Below, piece by piece: positions 7,576 to 15,890 of a stretch of DNA of 43,826 nt. Source of the stretch: a virus. Its lineage: Duplodnaviria; Caudoviricetes. The position numbers and the translations under genes are program-made. Below the pieces are notes generated by a model. It searched no databases. It was not told where the DNA came from and was given only the letters and a program-made list of their open reading frames with translations. The stretch covers positions 1-43,826 of the IMG/VR virus record IMGVR_UViG_3300028586_000767; one strand, 5' to 3'. Every line of letters starts with the position of its first letter. The first letter of the stretch is position 1.

Positions 7576-8123
7576 TGGCGAACTCCATAGCTAACGGTGC
7601 CCGACAAGACGGTCGCCGTGGCGCAGTAGGTGACGCCAGCGAGCGTCGGGATGTCGACGATCTCGTTGGCGCTGCCGGTGAAGCTGCCCCAGGTCATCCC
7701 GCCGATCGTCAGCGGATTGACCGTCACGCAGGCATCGACCGAGGTGCCGAGCGCGAAAGCGCCGGACCAGGTGCCGCGCAGGATCACGCGGATCCCGCGG
7801 CCGAGCTCGGGCGCGAGCGGACCGATCGTGGCGACGCCGGCGGCGATCGTCGCCGCGCCCGACGTCGGAGTGACGGCCGAGCTGGTGACGGTGCCGGTCA
7901 GCGCGGTCGAAGCCGCAGCGGACAGCGGCACGGCCGACGTCGGGAACGGCGCGGTCGTGCTGACGGCAACGCAGGACTTGTCGGCCTGTTGGACGCATGG
8001 CGCCTGCATGGGGGCGAAGCCCGCCGGCGCGGCGACCGAGTTGGCGGTACCGGCCTGCGCGCTGGCAAGCGACGGGACCATGATCAGCACGATCGCGCCG
8101 ATCAGGTGCATGAGTTTCTTCAT
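7572..8123 (-). CDS. Secreted hypothetical protein, translationally coupled to the SGNH gene
   Basis: MKKLMHLIGAIVLIMVPSLASA signal peptide; AAGGA RBS; GTGA overlap at 3' end. Confidence 0.75.
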   Translation of the reverse strand: MKKLMHLIGAIVLIMVPSLASAQAGTANSVAAPAGFAPMQAPCVQQADKSCVAVSTTAPFPTSAVPLSAAASTALTGTVTSSAVTPTSGAATIAAGVATIGPLAPELGRGIRVILRGTWSGAFALGTSVDACVTVNPLTIGGMTWGSFTGSANEIVDIPTLAGVTYCATATVLSGTVSYGVRQ

Positions 8124-8146
8124 CGTGGAAGTCCTTCGAAAGAGGA

Positions 8147-8707
8147 TCAGGCGCCGGCGATCGTGCGGAAGTTCGCCGCGGCGGTTGCCGCTTCGCGGAT
8201 CGCGGCCTCGCGCTGTGCGGTCGTCGCGGCCGCGCGCGCGGCCGCCAGGGCGCGGTCGACCAGCGCGCCGGCGAGCCGGATGCTGGTCGCGCGATCGGGG
8301 GACACGAACGGCAGGAAGATATCGGCGAACGCCTTGGCCGAGGCATAGCGATCGGCGATCGCGTCGATCCGCTCGAGCGTCGCCGTCGTCGACGTCAGAC
8401 TGCCGGTGGTCGCGCAGGCCGACAGACCGCCGAACATGGTCACCGGCAGCGCGATCGACACGCCGATCGCGAGGATCTTGCCGGCCGCATCCGCGACGAC
8501 GCCGGCGGTCGGCTTCGCGATCGCGTGCGTCTGGCAGACCCGGAGCACGATCGTCGCGATCCCGACGATCGCCATGATGATGCTGATGACGTCTTCCTGG
8601 TCGAGCCCATGCGGCAACAGGCCGAGCGGACCGAGGACGGCGAAGAGGACGGCGACGAGCTGCAGCCAGATGGTGCGGCTCTGCCACCAGGTCTTGGTAT
8701 CGAACAT
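8147..8707 (-). CDS. Lysis-module membrane protein: holin-like N terminus plus internal lipobox (possible holin/spanin)
   Basis: KTWWQSRTIW then two TMs; third hydrophobic segment ending LSAC; GGAG RBS; directly after endolysin. Confidence 0.6.
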   Translation of the reverse strand: MFDTKTWWQSRTIWLQLVAVLFAVLGPLGLLPHGLDQEDVISIIMAIVGIATIVLRVCQTHAIAKPTAGVVADAAGKILAIGVSIALPVTMFGGLSACATTGSLTSTTATLERIDAIADRYASAKAFADIFLPFVSPDRATSIRLAGALVDRALAAARAAATTAQREAAIREAATAAANFRTIAGA

Positions 8708-8805
8708 GGGTGTCTCCGGATCGCGGACGCGCGCTGCCAGCCCGCAGCGTGAGCGCAGGGATGATTCATGGCTGGTGATGATGAGGCCCGGGAACGGGCC
8801 GGGAT

Positions 8806-9363
8806 TTAGAAGGCGAGCTTGCCCGTCAGGCACAGCGACCGCTCGTTGGTTCGCCGGTTGATCAGGCCCTGCGACACCTTGCCGCCCGCCTTGATCCACC
8901 CGGGGACGGTCGAGACCTGCCCCTTGGCATTGGTGATGGTGAAGTATGGGCCGAGCGCTGCGCACCCGCCGAGCATGTCGCCAGCCGCGAACCGCTTGGC
9001 CGCGGTCGAACCGTTCCAGCCGGTGACGCCGATGTTGTAGGCGAACACCACCGCGGCCGCGAGTTGCCAGGGATGACCCTTCAGCGCTGGCGCGCGCTTG
9101 AGCACCGCCGGCCCGAAATCGCGCGTCATGCGCTTGTCGAGGCGGACCTCGCAGCCCTTCACGGTCTCGACCATGCCGGACTTCACGTTCTCGGTATCGC
9201 CATCGCAGATCGTCCAGACGCCGGCGATATCGCGGTAGGCTCGCAGCTGCGGCTTGGGGCCGCTCTCCAGCGGGGGGATGACGGCCAGCACGATCGCGGC
9301 TGCGGCCGCGCCGATCGTGCCGACAAGCCCCGTCCCTGCTGCCAACTGACGCTTAGTTGCCAT
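8806..9363 (-). CDS. GH24 lysozyme endolysin, probably SAR type
   Basis: Gly/Ala-rich N-terminal hydrophobic segment; E..AYRDIAGVWTICDG, FAYNIG, GLINRR motifs. Confidence 0.9.
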   Translation of the reverse strand: MATKRQLAAGTGLVGTIGAAAAAIVLAVIPPLESGPKPQLRAYRDIAGVWTICDGDTENVKSGMVETVKGCEVRLDKRMTRDFGPAVLKRAPALKGHPWQLAAAVVFAYNIGVTGWNGSTAAKRFAAGDMLGGCAALGPYFTITNAKGQVSTVPGWIKAGGKVSQGLINRRTNERSLCLTGKLAF

Positions 9364-9394
9364 CGATGTTCTCCTGGTAGTGGGCCGCGAAAGA

Positions 9395-9904
9395 TCAGCG
9401 GCCGCTGGTGCGGGTGCCCTCGATGCGGGCGACGCGGGTATTCAGATCGAGCAGCTGATCATCCTGGCGCCGGCTTCGCTCGCGCGACGTCTCGATCGAG
9501 TCGCGATTGCGACCGATCTCCGAACCATGCTGCGCGAGGACCTCGCGCACCGCCGACACGGCCTGAGTGTCTTCACGCTGGCCGGTCGAGGTTGCATCGA
9601 GCTTCGCGAGATACGGGCCGCACAAGCACCCGACGACGAGCGAGATCCCGCCGAACAGCGCCAGGCCATTCTTGAACAGCTCGGAGCGATCGCGCGCCTT
9701 GCGATCGCCCTCGTCCCGGATCTCGGCCTTCACCGCCTGCGCACGCTCGGCGACGCGGCCGTCGGTCTGCGTTAGGCCGTCGACCAGCTTGTCGAGCTTG
9801 CCACCGAACGCGCCCATTGCGCCGTTCAGTCCTTTGACGTCCTCGCCGATCGCCTCGACGCTGGTCTCAAGCCGCGCGACGCGGTCGGGTATGTTGGCGG
9901 TCAT
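9395..9904 (-). CDS. Coiled-coil single-TM phage membrane protein (holin/XhlA-like position)
   Basis: RVARLE..VEAI coiled coil, central TM, C-terminal RVARIEG; upstream of endolysin. Confidence 0.55.
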   Translation of the reverse strand: MTANIPDRVARLETSVEAIGEDVKGLNGAMGAFGGKLDKLVDGLTQTDGRVAERAQAVKAEIRDEGDRKARDRSELFKNGLALFGGISLVVGCLCGPYLAKLDATSTGQREDTQAVSAVREVLAQHGSEIGRNRDSIETSRERSRRQDDQLLDLNTRVARIEGTRTSGR

Positions 9905-9914
9905 GATGCCCCGA

Positions 9915-10205
9915 TCATGCCGCAACGGCGGACCGCGGAACTACGGCTTCCTGAAGCCGCTGCATCACGGCGCTAAGCGCGGTCACATGGATCGAGATTT
10001 GACCATCGTCTTCGAGCGTCTCGACCATTGCGCTGATCTTGGCGGATACGGCCTCCCACTCCGGCATCGCCGTCAGATCCTGCGCGGCCTTCGTATAGGC
10101 GGCGCGCTTTTCGGCAGCGGCTGCCGCACGCTTGGCCTGATCGTCGGCGACGATCTGCTGAGCACGCTGCAATTCTTCGGGCGAATAGTTCATTTGGTCG
10201 GTCAT
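9915..10205 (-). CDS. Hypothetical helical phage protein
   Basis: AAAGGA RBS, 96 aa, in late operon. Confidence 0.7.
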   Translation of the reverse strand: MTDQMNYSPEELQRAQQIVADDQAKRAAAAAEKRAAYTKAAQDLTAMPEWEAVSAKISAMVETLEDDGQISIHVTALSAVMQRLQEAVVPRSAVAA

Positions 10206-10216
10206 GATATTTCCTT

Positions 10217-10975
10217 TCAGATGCCAGTTACGTCGATCAAAAGAGCGTTGGTCAGAGGGGCAGACCAGTAGACTGTCGGTGGATCAGGCTGGTCGGCCGG
10301 TCCGGGCGTTTGTCCGATCACGTCGTCAAAGCTGATGCTGACAATCGACGCTCTGCTTCCGTCGAACCGGACGCCGGTCAGCTTGCCATCGATCTTGCGG
10401 CTCCAGACGTGGCGGCCGCCTACGTCGCCGCCGTCTCGGACGGGCTGACCATCACGGTACAGGGCGTCGGTCGATTGATTATGACCCGCCAGGTCCTGCA
10501 TGATCGCAGCGTACGTGCGGCCGCCCGGCAGGCCGATCGGCGCGTCGGCTTCGTTGATGATGCCCGCCCCGATCATGATTGGCAGTTCAGAATAGAAGTA
10601 GAGCGAGCCGTCTTCCCGGAACGCTTGCGTCCCAAAGCCATGCTCTGGCACCGCCACGTTCGCGGTCATGTCGAACACCCAATAGGACACCGACGTGCCG
10701 ATCGGGGCGTCGGTTGCGAACACCCAATACAGCGTACCGTTGATCGACCTCACGCCGAAGCGCGATATGCCAAAGCCGTCGCCTCGCGCCGCCACGATCG
10801 CGGTTGCGCTGGACACTGGCACAAGGGCGGCGCTGGGGGTCGTATTGCCGACGCCGGCGACGGTGCGGGCCTGCGTGTTGACCTTACCGGTGCCGATGCA
10901 CGTCAAGGTCATCAGGCTGCTGTCGAATTGCAGCTTGCCATCGCTTTCGCGAAAGGACTGAAAACCCGTGCCCAT
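10217..10975 (-). CDS. Minor tail-tip protein
   Basis: Two GF(Q/G)..FRE.DG.L.F.S repeats typical of proteins downstream of central tail fibres; TGATG coupling. Confidence 0.7.
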   Translation of the reverse strand: MGTGFQSFRESDGKLQFDSSLMTLTCIGTGKVNTQARTVAGVGNTTPSAALVPVSSATAIVAARGDGFGISRFGVRSINGTLYWVFATDAPIGTSVSYWVFDMTANVAVPEHGFGTQAFREDGSLYFYSELPIMIGAGIINEADAPIGLPGGRTYAAIMQDLAGHNQSTDALYRDGQPVRDGGDVGGRHVWSRKIDGKLTGVRFDGSRASIVSISFDDVIGQTPGPADQPDPPTVYWSAPLTNALLIDVTGI

Positions 10976-11292
10976 CAGCGTATTCCGATCAGCAGGCGGA
11001 CATTGGGGCGCTGAAAGGCTTGGCTCCCGTCCGAGGTCGGGAACGACCACGACACCACGTCGCCGGCGAAGGTCACGCGCGGGTAGTAATTCTGGTTGGT
11101 GACCGCGAAGCCGGTGTTGATCGCGACATAGAACGGGTCGCCGAGGTCAAGCCCGTAGAGCGCTCGACTTCCGTTCTGCGCCGAGCCGGCTCCGCCAAGG
11201 TCGATGAAACCGACAATATTGAACACTATCGTCGTTGTGTCCAAATGCACCGAGCCGTCATCCCGAAGGGTCTGGAAACCGCTCGGCATCAC
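10975..11292 (-). CDS. Minor tail-tip protein
   Basis: SGFQTLRDDGSVHLD N-terminal motif, paralogous to next gene. Confidence 0.7.
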   Translation of the reverse strand: MMPSGFQTLRDDGSVHLDTTTIVFNIVGFIDLGGAGSAQNGSRALYGLDLGDPFYVAINTGFAVTNQNYYPRVTFAGDVVSWSFPTSDGSQAFQRPNVRLLIGIR

Positions 11293-14200
11293 CAGCGCCC
11301 CTGACGTGTCGCGAGCCTGCCGTTCGGATGATAGGTCCGGATGCTGCCACCCCCGACTTCGATCCCTACGCTGCCGTTAGGGTCCGAGATTTTGAACTTG
11401 TCAGCCACGATGTCGATCTCGCCGTAGGAGCCGTTGTTATTCGCCTCGATGCCGATCCACCGGCCATTGACGTCGAGCCGGATTGCCCAGCGCGCGAGTG
11501 CGAGATTCACGTTGTTCTGCACGGCGCTGATCGCGTTGAAGGTCTGCGAGATCGAGACACCCTGCGCGGAAACCGTCGACGTCAGGTTCGCGACCTGCTG
11601 GTTCGTCGACGAGATCGCCTGCGCGTTCTGCGAGATCGACGCGCCTTGCACGGAGACGGTGCTCGACAGGCTCGCAGCGTTCGACCCTAGCGCGGACAGG
11701 GCATTGGCGTTTTGCGTGATCGACGCGCCCTGCGTGGAGACGGTCGACGACAGCGAGGCGAAGGACTGGTTGAGGTTGGCGAGCGCGGTTGCCTGCTGGC
11801 TGATGATCGCGCCCGTCGCACCCGGCGAATATGCCACCGGACCGCCGGAGGTCGTCGGAACTTCTACAAGCTGCGGACGGACGAACCAGGCATAGCTGTC
11901 GCCATAGCCGCCATCGGTGCCTCCCTTGAACATGATGATGACGACTGTCTTGGCATTTTCGGGTGCCCGTCCGCGGGCGAACAGGGTTGGAAAGCTGGAG
12001 AGCGCACTGCCTTCGCTGTAGTAGGCCCTGTCAGCCGTATAGTCGCCGACGAGTCCCCCGTTGGCATCGAGAAAGCGGAGGTAGATCCTTGTGCGCGCGC
12101 GCGAATTGGCAGCCCCCGCACTAGCCTCATAGTTCTTGCCGGGTACGACAGGTACCACTGCGGACTGCCAGTAAGCAAAATCACCGCCGTTCGCGTTCGA
12201 TCCATACAGACATAGAGTATGCTCGTTCGTCGGCCGATATGCGTCACCCAGAAGGTCTCTCATCCCGCTGTGCGACGTGCCGTTCTGCGCGAATGACCAC
12301 CCGCTTGTGTCGGCTGCGAAATCTGTATTCTGCAGAAGATTGCCGCCGCCCGCCACCACTTGGGTTTGCAGGGTGGCGATCAGGCCGGCCTGCGTCGACG
12401 ATGCCGAGGTCAGCGAAGAGATCGAACTGCCCTGCGTGCTTACGACGCTCGACAGGTTCGACACGGTGCCTGAGATCGAACTGATCGCACTGGCGTTGAC
12501 GCTGATGTTGCCTTCCGCCGATCCGATCCGGGTCGACAGGCTGGCGACGGTGGTGCCGAGCGAAGATAGCGCCGAAGCATTCTGTGTGATTGATACGCCC
12601 TGCGCGCTTACCGCGCTCGACATGCTGGCGTACTGCGTGTCGAGGGTCGACAGCGCCTTGAAGCTTTGTACGGCCGATGCTTCCGAAGAATATGCGGTTG
12701 CCTGAGCACCCACTTCCATCTTCACCTGACGGCAACCCGCGCCGGTGATTGTGCCCCCGGCTGGATCAATGACGAAGCGCACGACACATTTGGCCGTCCC
12801 TGCGGGCGACACCCACGTCGTTTTCAGCGCCGCGCGGTTCGCGCCAGTCGGGGAAAAATCCGTCTGTGCATGGATTGGCGATTGATCGGAGTCGCCGCCT
12901 GGCAGGAAACCGCCATTGCCGTCGAGGAAGATCATGTCGATGTACGCGCTGCTGGCGGCCCGATCGGCAAAAACGTGGGCGTCACCGGTTACGGTGTACT
13001 GACAGCCCGGTGCCGCCCGAAAAGCCTCCGTCTGCACCAGCACGATCGCAGCACCTGCATACGGGGCACTCAGGTATGCGTATGCTCCCCAGATCACACC
13101 AGTGGTCCAGCTTGCGAGCGCGTTGGCGCTCCACCCCACCAAGCCATTTTCAAAACCGCCATTGAGGATCAGATTGGCGTTGCCGGCCAGCACCTTGGTA
13201 TCGAGCGTTGCGAGGTTGCCGGCGACGTTGCTGATCGCCGTCGCATTGGACGATATTTGCGAGCCTTGCGCCGACACAGTCGAGGTCAGACTTGCCAGCG
13301 ACGAGCCAAGCGCCGACACCGCGTTCGCGTTGTTGGTGATCGATGCGCCTTGCGAGCTCACGGTCGTGGTAAGGTTCGCGACGGTGGTGCCGACCGCCGA
13401 AATCGCATTGGCGTTACTGGTGATCGTCGCGCCCTGCGCACTCACCGTCATGGTCAGATTGGCGACGTTGGTGCCGAGTGAGGACAGCGCCGAGGCATTC
13501 TGCGTAATTGATGCGCCCTGTGTCGATACGATCGACGTCAGTGAGGCGTACTGCGTGTCGAGCGTCGAGACCGCCTTGGCCGTCTGAAGCACCTGCGCCT
13601 CGCTGGTGTACGCAGTGGCAAGGTCCCCGTATTCAAACTTGACCTGCCGAACACCGAACACCTTCAAAACGCCGCTCGATTTCAATGCAACACAGTACAC
13701 GCGCGCAAAGGCGGCGTTGGCAGGCGGCGCTGCGGTCAAGGCGAACTTTTGACGACCATCGCCAGAGACCGAGAAATCAAAGTCGTTGAAGACGTTCGGG
13801 CCGCCGATCGCGCCGACGACTGTGGTGCGATCACTCGCAATCCAATCGATCTGAACATAAGCGCGCCCGCTGCCGCCTGCGACCCGCAAGACCATGTCGG
13901 CCGTCAGCGTGTGTGGCGCGGCGTACACTTCGATCAAGTCGCTGGTGACGAAGACGAACGTGTTGTCGGGCACGTCGGAGTTTGTGTAGGCGATCTGCCC
14001 CCAACTGCGAGACAGCCCGACCGACCAACCGGGGCCGGATGGTGTCCAGTTTACGAAGCTGTTCTCGAACGAAGCGTTCGGCACGAGGTTCGGGCTGCCC
14101 GCAGCAATCCGCGTGGTCAGCGTTGCAAGGTCGCCCTTCGCATTGCTGATTGCGCTGGCGTTCGTGTCAATCTGCGAGCCCTGCGTTTCGGTGAGAGTCC

Positions 14201-15890
14201 GAAGGCTGTCGATTTGCCCGCCGGCTGCTGCCACGCCGCTCAACGCCTGATCCGCGCGCGACTGCGCGGCCGACGCCTGCGTCTTCGCAGCGGTCGCATC
14301 CGCCGCGGCCGCGCCGACTTGGACGATCGCGTCATCGGCGCGCCCCTGTGCGGTCGCGGCTTGCGCCTTGACGCTGTCGATCAGGCTCTGTGCGGCAGCG
14401 ATTTGTCCCTGTGCTGCGGCGATCGCCGCGGTTGCCGATGCGATTGCGGACGTGGCGACCAACAGGGCGGCCTTCACGTCCCGCGTCAGGATGGTCGAAC
14501 CATCGGAGGCCGACACGGCATCTGCAACCTCGCCAGCGGGTTTCCCGGCGACGGCTTTGGTGTCCTTCGACGTGTTGTCGCCGGTGACATCGGCGTTGTT
14601 CGCCGGCTTCTCTCCGGTCGGATCGGTAATGTCGGGCCATGCTGCCGACGCGACGAGCGGCTCTACTTTACCGGCGGTGCTCAGACCCTCGATCGTAAGC
14701 GCCAGCTTGCTGACGCCCTCGCCGACCTCGATCGAGAAGTCTTTGAAGAACCCGTAGATCGTCAGGCTGTCCAAACCGTCCTGCCCGATCCAGAGACACG
14801 GCGTCGCGCGAACCGCGGAGATCCGCTTCATGACGAAGTCGATCGCTTTGGTGCGGATCAGCGCGTTCGCGGTCATGCGCTTGGCCCAGGCGCGCGGCAC
14901 GACGGTGGCCTCGCCGAACTCGTCGACAACCTTGCGGCTGTAGTCGGTGATGGCCGCGGTCGGCGATGCCTCGGTCAGGCCCAGCGCGGCACGTTTGCCG
15001 ACGATAAGCGTACCGATCGACACGACGCCACCGCCAATCACGGTGACGGTGACCTGCCCGGGGTTCGCCGGCAGATCGAGGAACGTGATCGCGCCTTCGG
15101 CGACCGGCAATGTCCGATCATATCCGGTGGCCTGGACCCGTACCGTGTCGCCGGCGACGTCGAGCAGCGCGACCGAGTCGATCGCGCCGGCGTTGACCGT
15201 CACTGCAACATTCCGATTGGCCGTGGTCACCGAGCCGAGCGCCTGGTCGAACATGGCCCATCGGTTGGTCGGACCGACGTTGAGCCATTTGCCGGACGTG
15301 CCCTCGGGATCATCACCGGCCGCGATGGAGGCGACGCTCTCATAGATCCGGTGCGTTGCGGTCTTGATGACCCGCACGCCGCGCGCATAGGCGACGCTCG
15401 CCGACCATTCAGCAGCGTCGGTCTCCGCGACATTGCTGGCGACGAGCTGCGCGTTCGCGATCGTGACCGGTTGCACGAGCTGCAGCGTCGACGTCTGATC
15501 AGTAGGAGCTGGATCGTTGCCGCTGTCGACCAGATCGTCGGTACCGGTCAGCCCCTCCACGCTCAGCGTGCAAAAGCTGAGCGGTGGTGATGCGATGTCG
15601 ATCGAGAACTCTTTGTAGAAGCCGCGGACGCTGAGACTGGCGAACCGTTCATCGGCGATCCAGAGTGCGGACGTCGCGCGCAGATCCGCCAACCGGCGCT
15701 GCACCGCATCGACCGTCTCGAACGGCACGGCGACCTGCACCGACATGCGCCGCGCGAAGCCGCGTTCGACGACAGTCGTCACGCCGTAATCGTCGGTCAC
15801 ACGTCGACTATAGTCGATGATCCCGATCGTCGGCGCCGTCGCGGTCGTGCCGAGGTCGATAACCTCGCCGCTGTCGAGTTGGACCTTCAT
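11289..15890 (-). CDS. Tail-tip/host-specificity protein with duplicated N-terminal domain, coiled-coil repeats and three carbohydrate-binding-like modules
   Basis: Follows TMP; repeated S.VS.QGASI..NA.A.S; three NL..N..F modules; gpJ-like C terminus (RLDVNGRWIGI..ADKF). Confidence 0.85.
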   Translation of the reverse strand: MKVQLDSGEVIDLGTTATAPTIGIIDYSRRVTDDYGVTTVVERGFARRMSVQVAVPFETVDAVQRRLADLRATSALWIADERFASLSVRGFYKEFSIDIASPPLSFCTLSVEGLTGTDDLVDSGNDPAPTDQTSTLQLVQPVTIANAQLVASNVAETDAAEWSASVAYARGVRVIKTATHRIYESVASIAAGDDPEGTSGKWLNVGPTNRWAMFDQALGSVTTANRNVAVTVNAGAIDSVALLDVAGDTVRVQATGYDRTLPVAEGAITFLDLPANPGQVTVTVIGGGVVSIGTLIVGKRAALGLTEASPTAAITDYSRKVVDEFGEATVVPRAWAKRMTANALIRTKAIDFVMKRISAVRATPCLWIGQDGLDSLTIYGFFKDFSIEVGEGVSKLALTIEGLSTAGKVEPLVASAAWPDITDPTGEKPANNADVTGDNTSKDTKAVAGKPAGEVADAVSASDGSTILTRDVKAALLVATSAIASATAAIAAAQGQIAAAQSLIDSVKAQAATAQGRADDAIVQVGAAAADATAAKTQASAAQSRADQALSGVAAAGGQIDSLRTLTETQGSQIDTNASAISNAKGDLATLTTRIAAGSPNLVPNASFENSFVNWTPSGPGWSVGLSRSWGQIAYTNSDVPDNTFVFVTSDLIEVYAAPHTLTADMVLRVAGGSGRAYVQIDWIASDRTTVVGAIGGPNVFNDFDFSVSGDGRQKFALTAAPPANAAFARVYCVALKSSGVLKVFGVRQVKFEYGDLATAYTSEAQVLQTAKAVSTLDTQYASLTSIVSTQGASITQNASALSSLGTNVANLTMTVSAQGATITSNANAISAVGTTVANLTTTVSSQGASITNNANAVSALGSSLASLTSTVSAQGSQISSNATAISNVAGNLATLDTKVLAGNANLILNGGFENGLVGWSANALASWTTGVIWGAYAYLSAPYAGAAIVLVQTEAFRAAPGCQYTVTGDAHVFADRAASSAYIDMIFLDGNGGFLPGGDSDQSPIHAQTDFSPTGANRAALKTTWVSPAGTAKCVVRFVIDPAGGTITGAGCRQVKMEVGAQATAYSSEASAVQSFKALSTLDTQYASMSSAVSAQGVSITQNASALSSLGTTVASLSTRIGSAEGNISVNASAISSISGTVSNLSSVVSTQGSSISSLTSASSTQAGLIATLQTQVVAGGGNLLQNTDFAADTSGWSFAQNGTSHSGMRDLLGDAYRPTNEHTLCLYGSNANGGDFAYWQSAVVPVVPGKNYEASAGAANSRARTRIYLRFLDANGGLVGDYTADRAYYSEGSALSSFPTLFARGRAPENAKTVVIIMFKGGTDGGYGDSYAWFVRPQLVEVPTTSGGPVAYSPGATGAIISQQATALANLNQSFASLSSTVSTQGASITQNANALSALGSNAASLSSTVSVQGASISQNAQAISSTNQQVANLTSTVSAQGVSISQTFNAISAVQNNVNLALARWAIRLDVNGRWIGIEANNNGSYGEIDIVADKFKISDPNGSVGIEVGGGSIRTYHPNGRLATRQGRW

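Noticed and set aside
11289-15890. Diversity-generating retroelement or shufflon acting on the tail fibre
   Set aside because: No reverse transcriptase, no adenine-specific TR/VR pair and no inverted alternative C termini seen
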